A stretch of 63,037 bases of DNA, counting the filler, from Basidiobolus ranarum (taxonomy: Eukaryota), in NCBI GenBank assembly GCA_040143965.1. It is 41 parts of 41 records of this genome, joined end to end, with 100 filler letters (N's around TTAATTAATTAA, not from the genome) between each part and the next. Parts side by side here need not be neighbours in the genome. Positions count along the whole stretch, not along the records: positions 61,604 to 63,037 come from JASJQH010005203.1; 40 more parts are not named here. One strand, given 5' to 3'. Below the pieces are notes generated by a model. The model was not told the origin of the DNA, did no database searches, and was given only the letters and a program-made list of their open reading frames with translations. A program made the position numbers and the translations under genes. Positions within the stretch are counted from its first letter, which is position 1. Each line of letters opens with the position of its first letter. Positions 62,500 through 63,037 of the stretch are shown here, piece by piece.

Positions 62500-63037
62500 T
62501 TTTGTGTGTGCATTCAAATGAAGGGGTGGGTGGTGCAAAGTAGCATGCACCTAATGATTTTAGAGATGCCCAGGTATCCAGTATGAATTCTTGCTTGGAT
62601 ATATAGGAGATATTGATAAACTTGACAGAAGGTGGGCAATGGGATATTAGCCAAAAGTGGAAGCAACTTTCGACTCTGATTTGGAGAGAATACTAATCTT
62701 TTATGCCTTCAAAAGTCTGCAAGAGATTATACAATATGACTCATGAGGATAGAAAGTGTGAACTGAGAAAGAGGTATTTTGAATTTGAGTCTGCTAAGAT
62801 ACAATTCCAATTGCATTTTTGCTTGTATGGACCGGAAGCAACCATTGCAGCCTCAACTTTAGAGACAAACAATGTTCTAATTAGATGTCCACAACTACTC
62901 AATGAGACTTTGCAGCAACTGTTGATAGAGGTTGCAGAGTTCAAAACAACATTTCAGCATACTATGGCAAGAGTAATCAACAGAGGTATAAAGAGAAAAG
63001 CAAGACAATTTATTAAATCAAAAGGTATTCCCAACAG
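62500..63037 (+). pseudogene. Unassigned degenerate reading frame, open from ATG 62703 to the window end, probably TE-derived
   Basis: About 180 codons with 3 stops, CpG-poor. No family recognised. Confidence 0.3.

Noticed and set aside
1..63037. CRISPR arrays, rRNA/tRNA genes, prokaryotic defence or operon systems
   Set aside because: None seen. The content is eukaryotic and no repeat-spacer periodicity exists inside contigs.

Overview
This window is not contiguous genome. It is 41 small contigs (1446 bp falling to 1434 bp, i.e. size-sorted) joined by 40 artificial 100-bp spacers (N44-TTAATTAATTAA-N44), so adjacency across a spacer has no biological meaning. The source looks like an intron-rich, AT-rich fungus, plausibly early-diverging (inferred from the TGG-only mitochondrial cox2, GC-hairpin mtDNA and 58-73 nt introns). 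Most of the sequence is decayed, nested transposon debris. (1) One abundant CMC/CACTA-type DNA transposon occurs in about 25 pieces and can be rebuilt across contigs: CCCTAACA termini, ACCGTCA subterminal repeats, an intron-containing transposase and a second, divergently transcribed ORF of unknown function. (2) Several Ty1/copia families have distinct LTRs, and two carry a half-tRNA(iMet)-type PBS. (3) A chromodomain Ty3/gypsy family has an LTR and PBS arrangement suggesting Tf1-like self-priming, plus a conserved U3/R hairpin. (4) There is one LINE RT fragment. Non-repeat contigs carry HEM4 (partial), a convergent multi-intron hypothetical gene, the 3' end of an Stm1/SERBP1-like gene, and mitochondrial cox2 beside a very GC-rich hairpin cluster. 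Repeats, but not genes, show strong CpG-to-TpG/CpA decay. All calls were made by eye from motifs and copy-to-copy comparison; no database searches were run and fragment boundaries are approximate unless a terminus is quoted.
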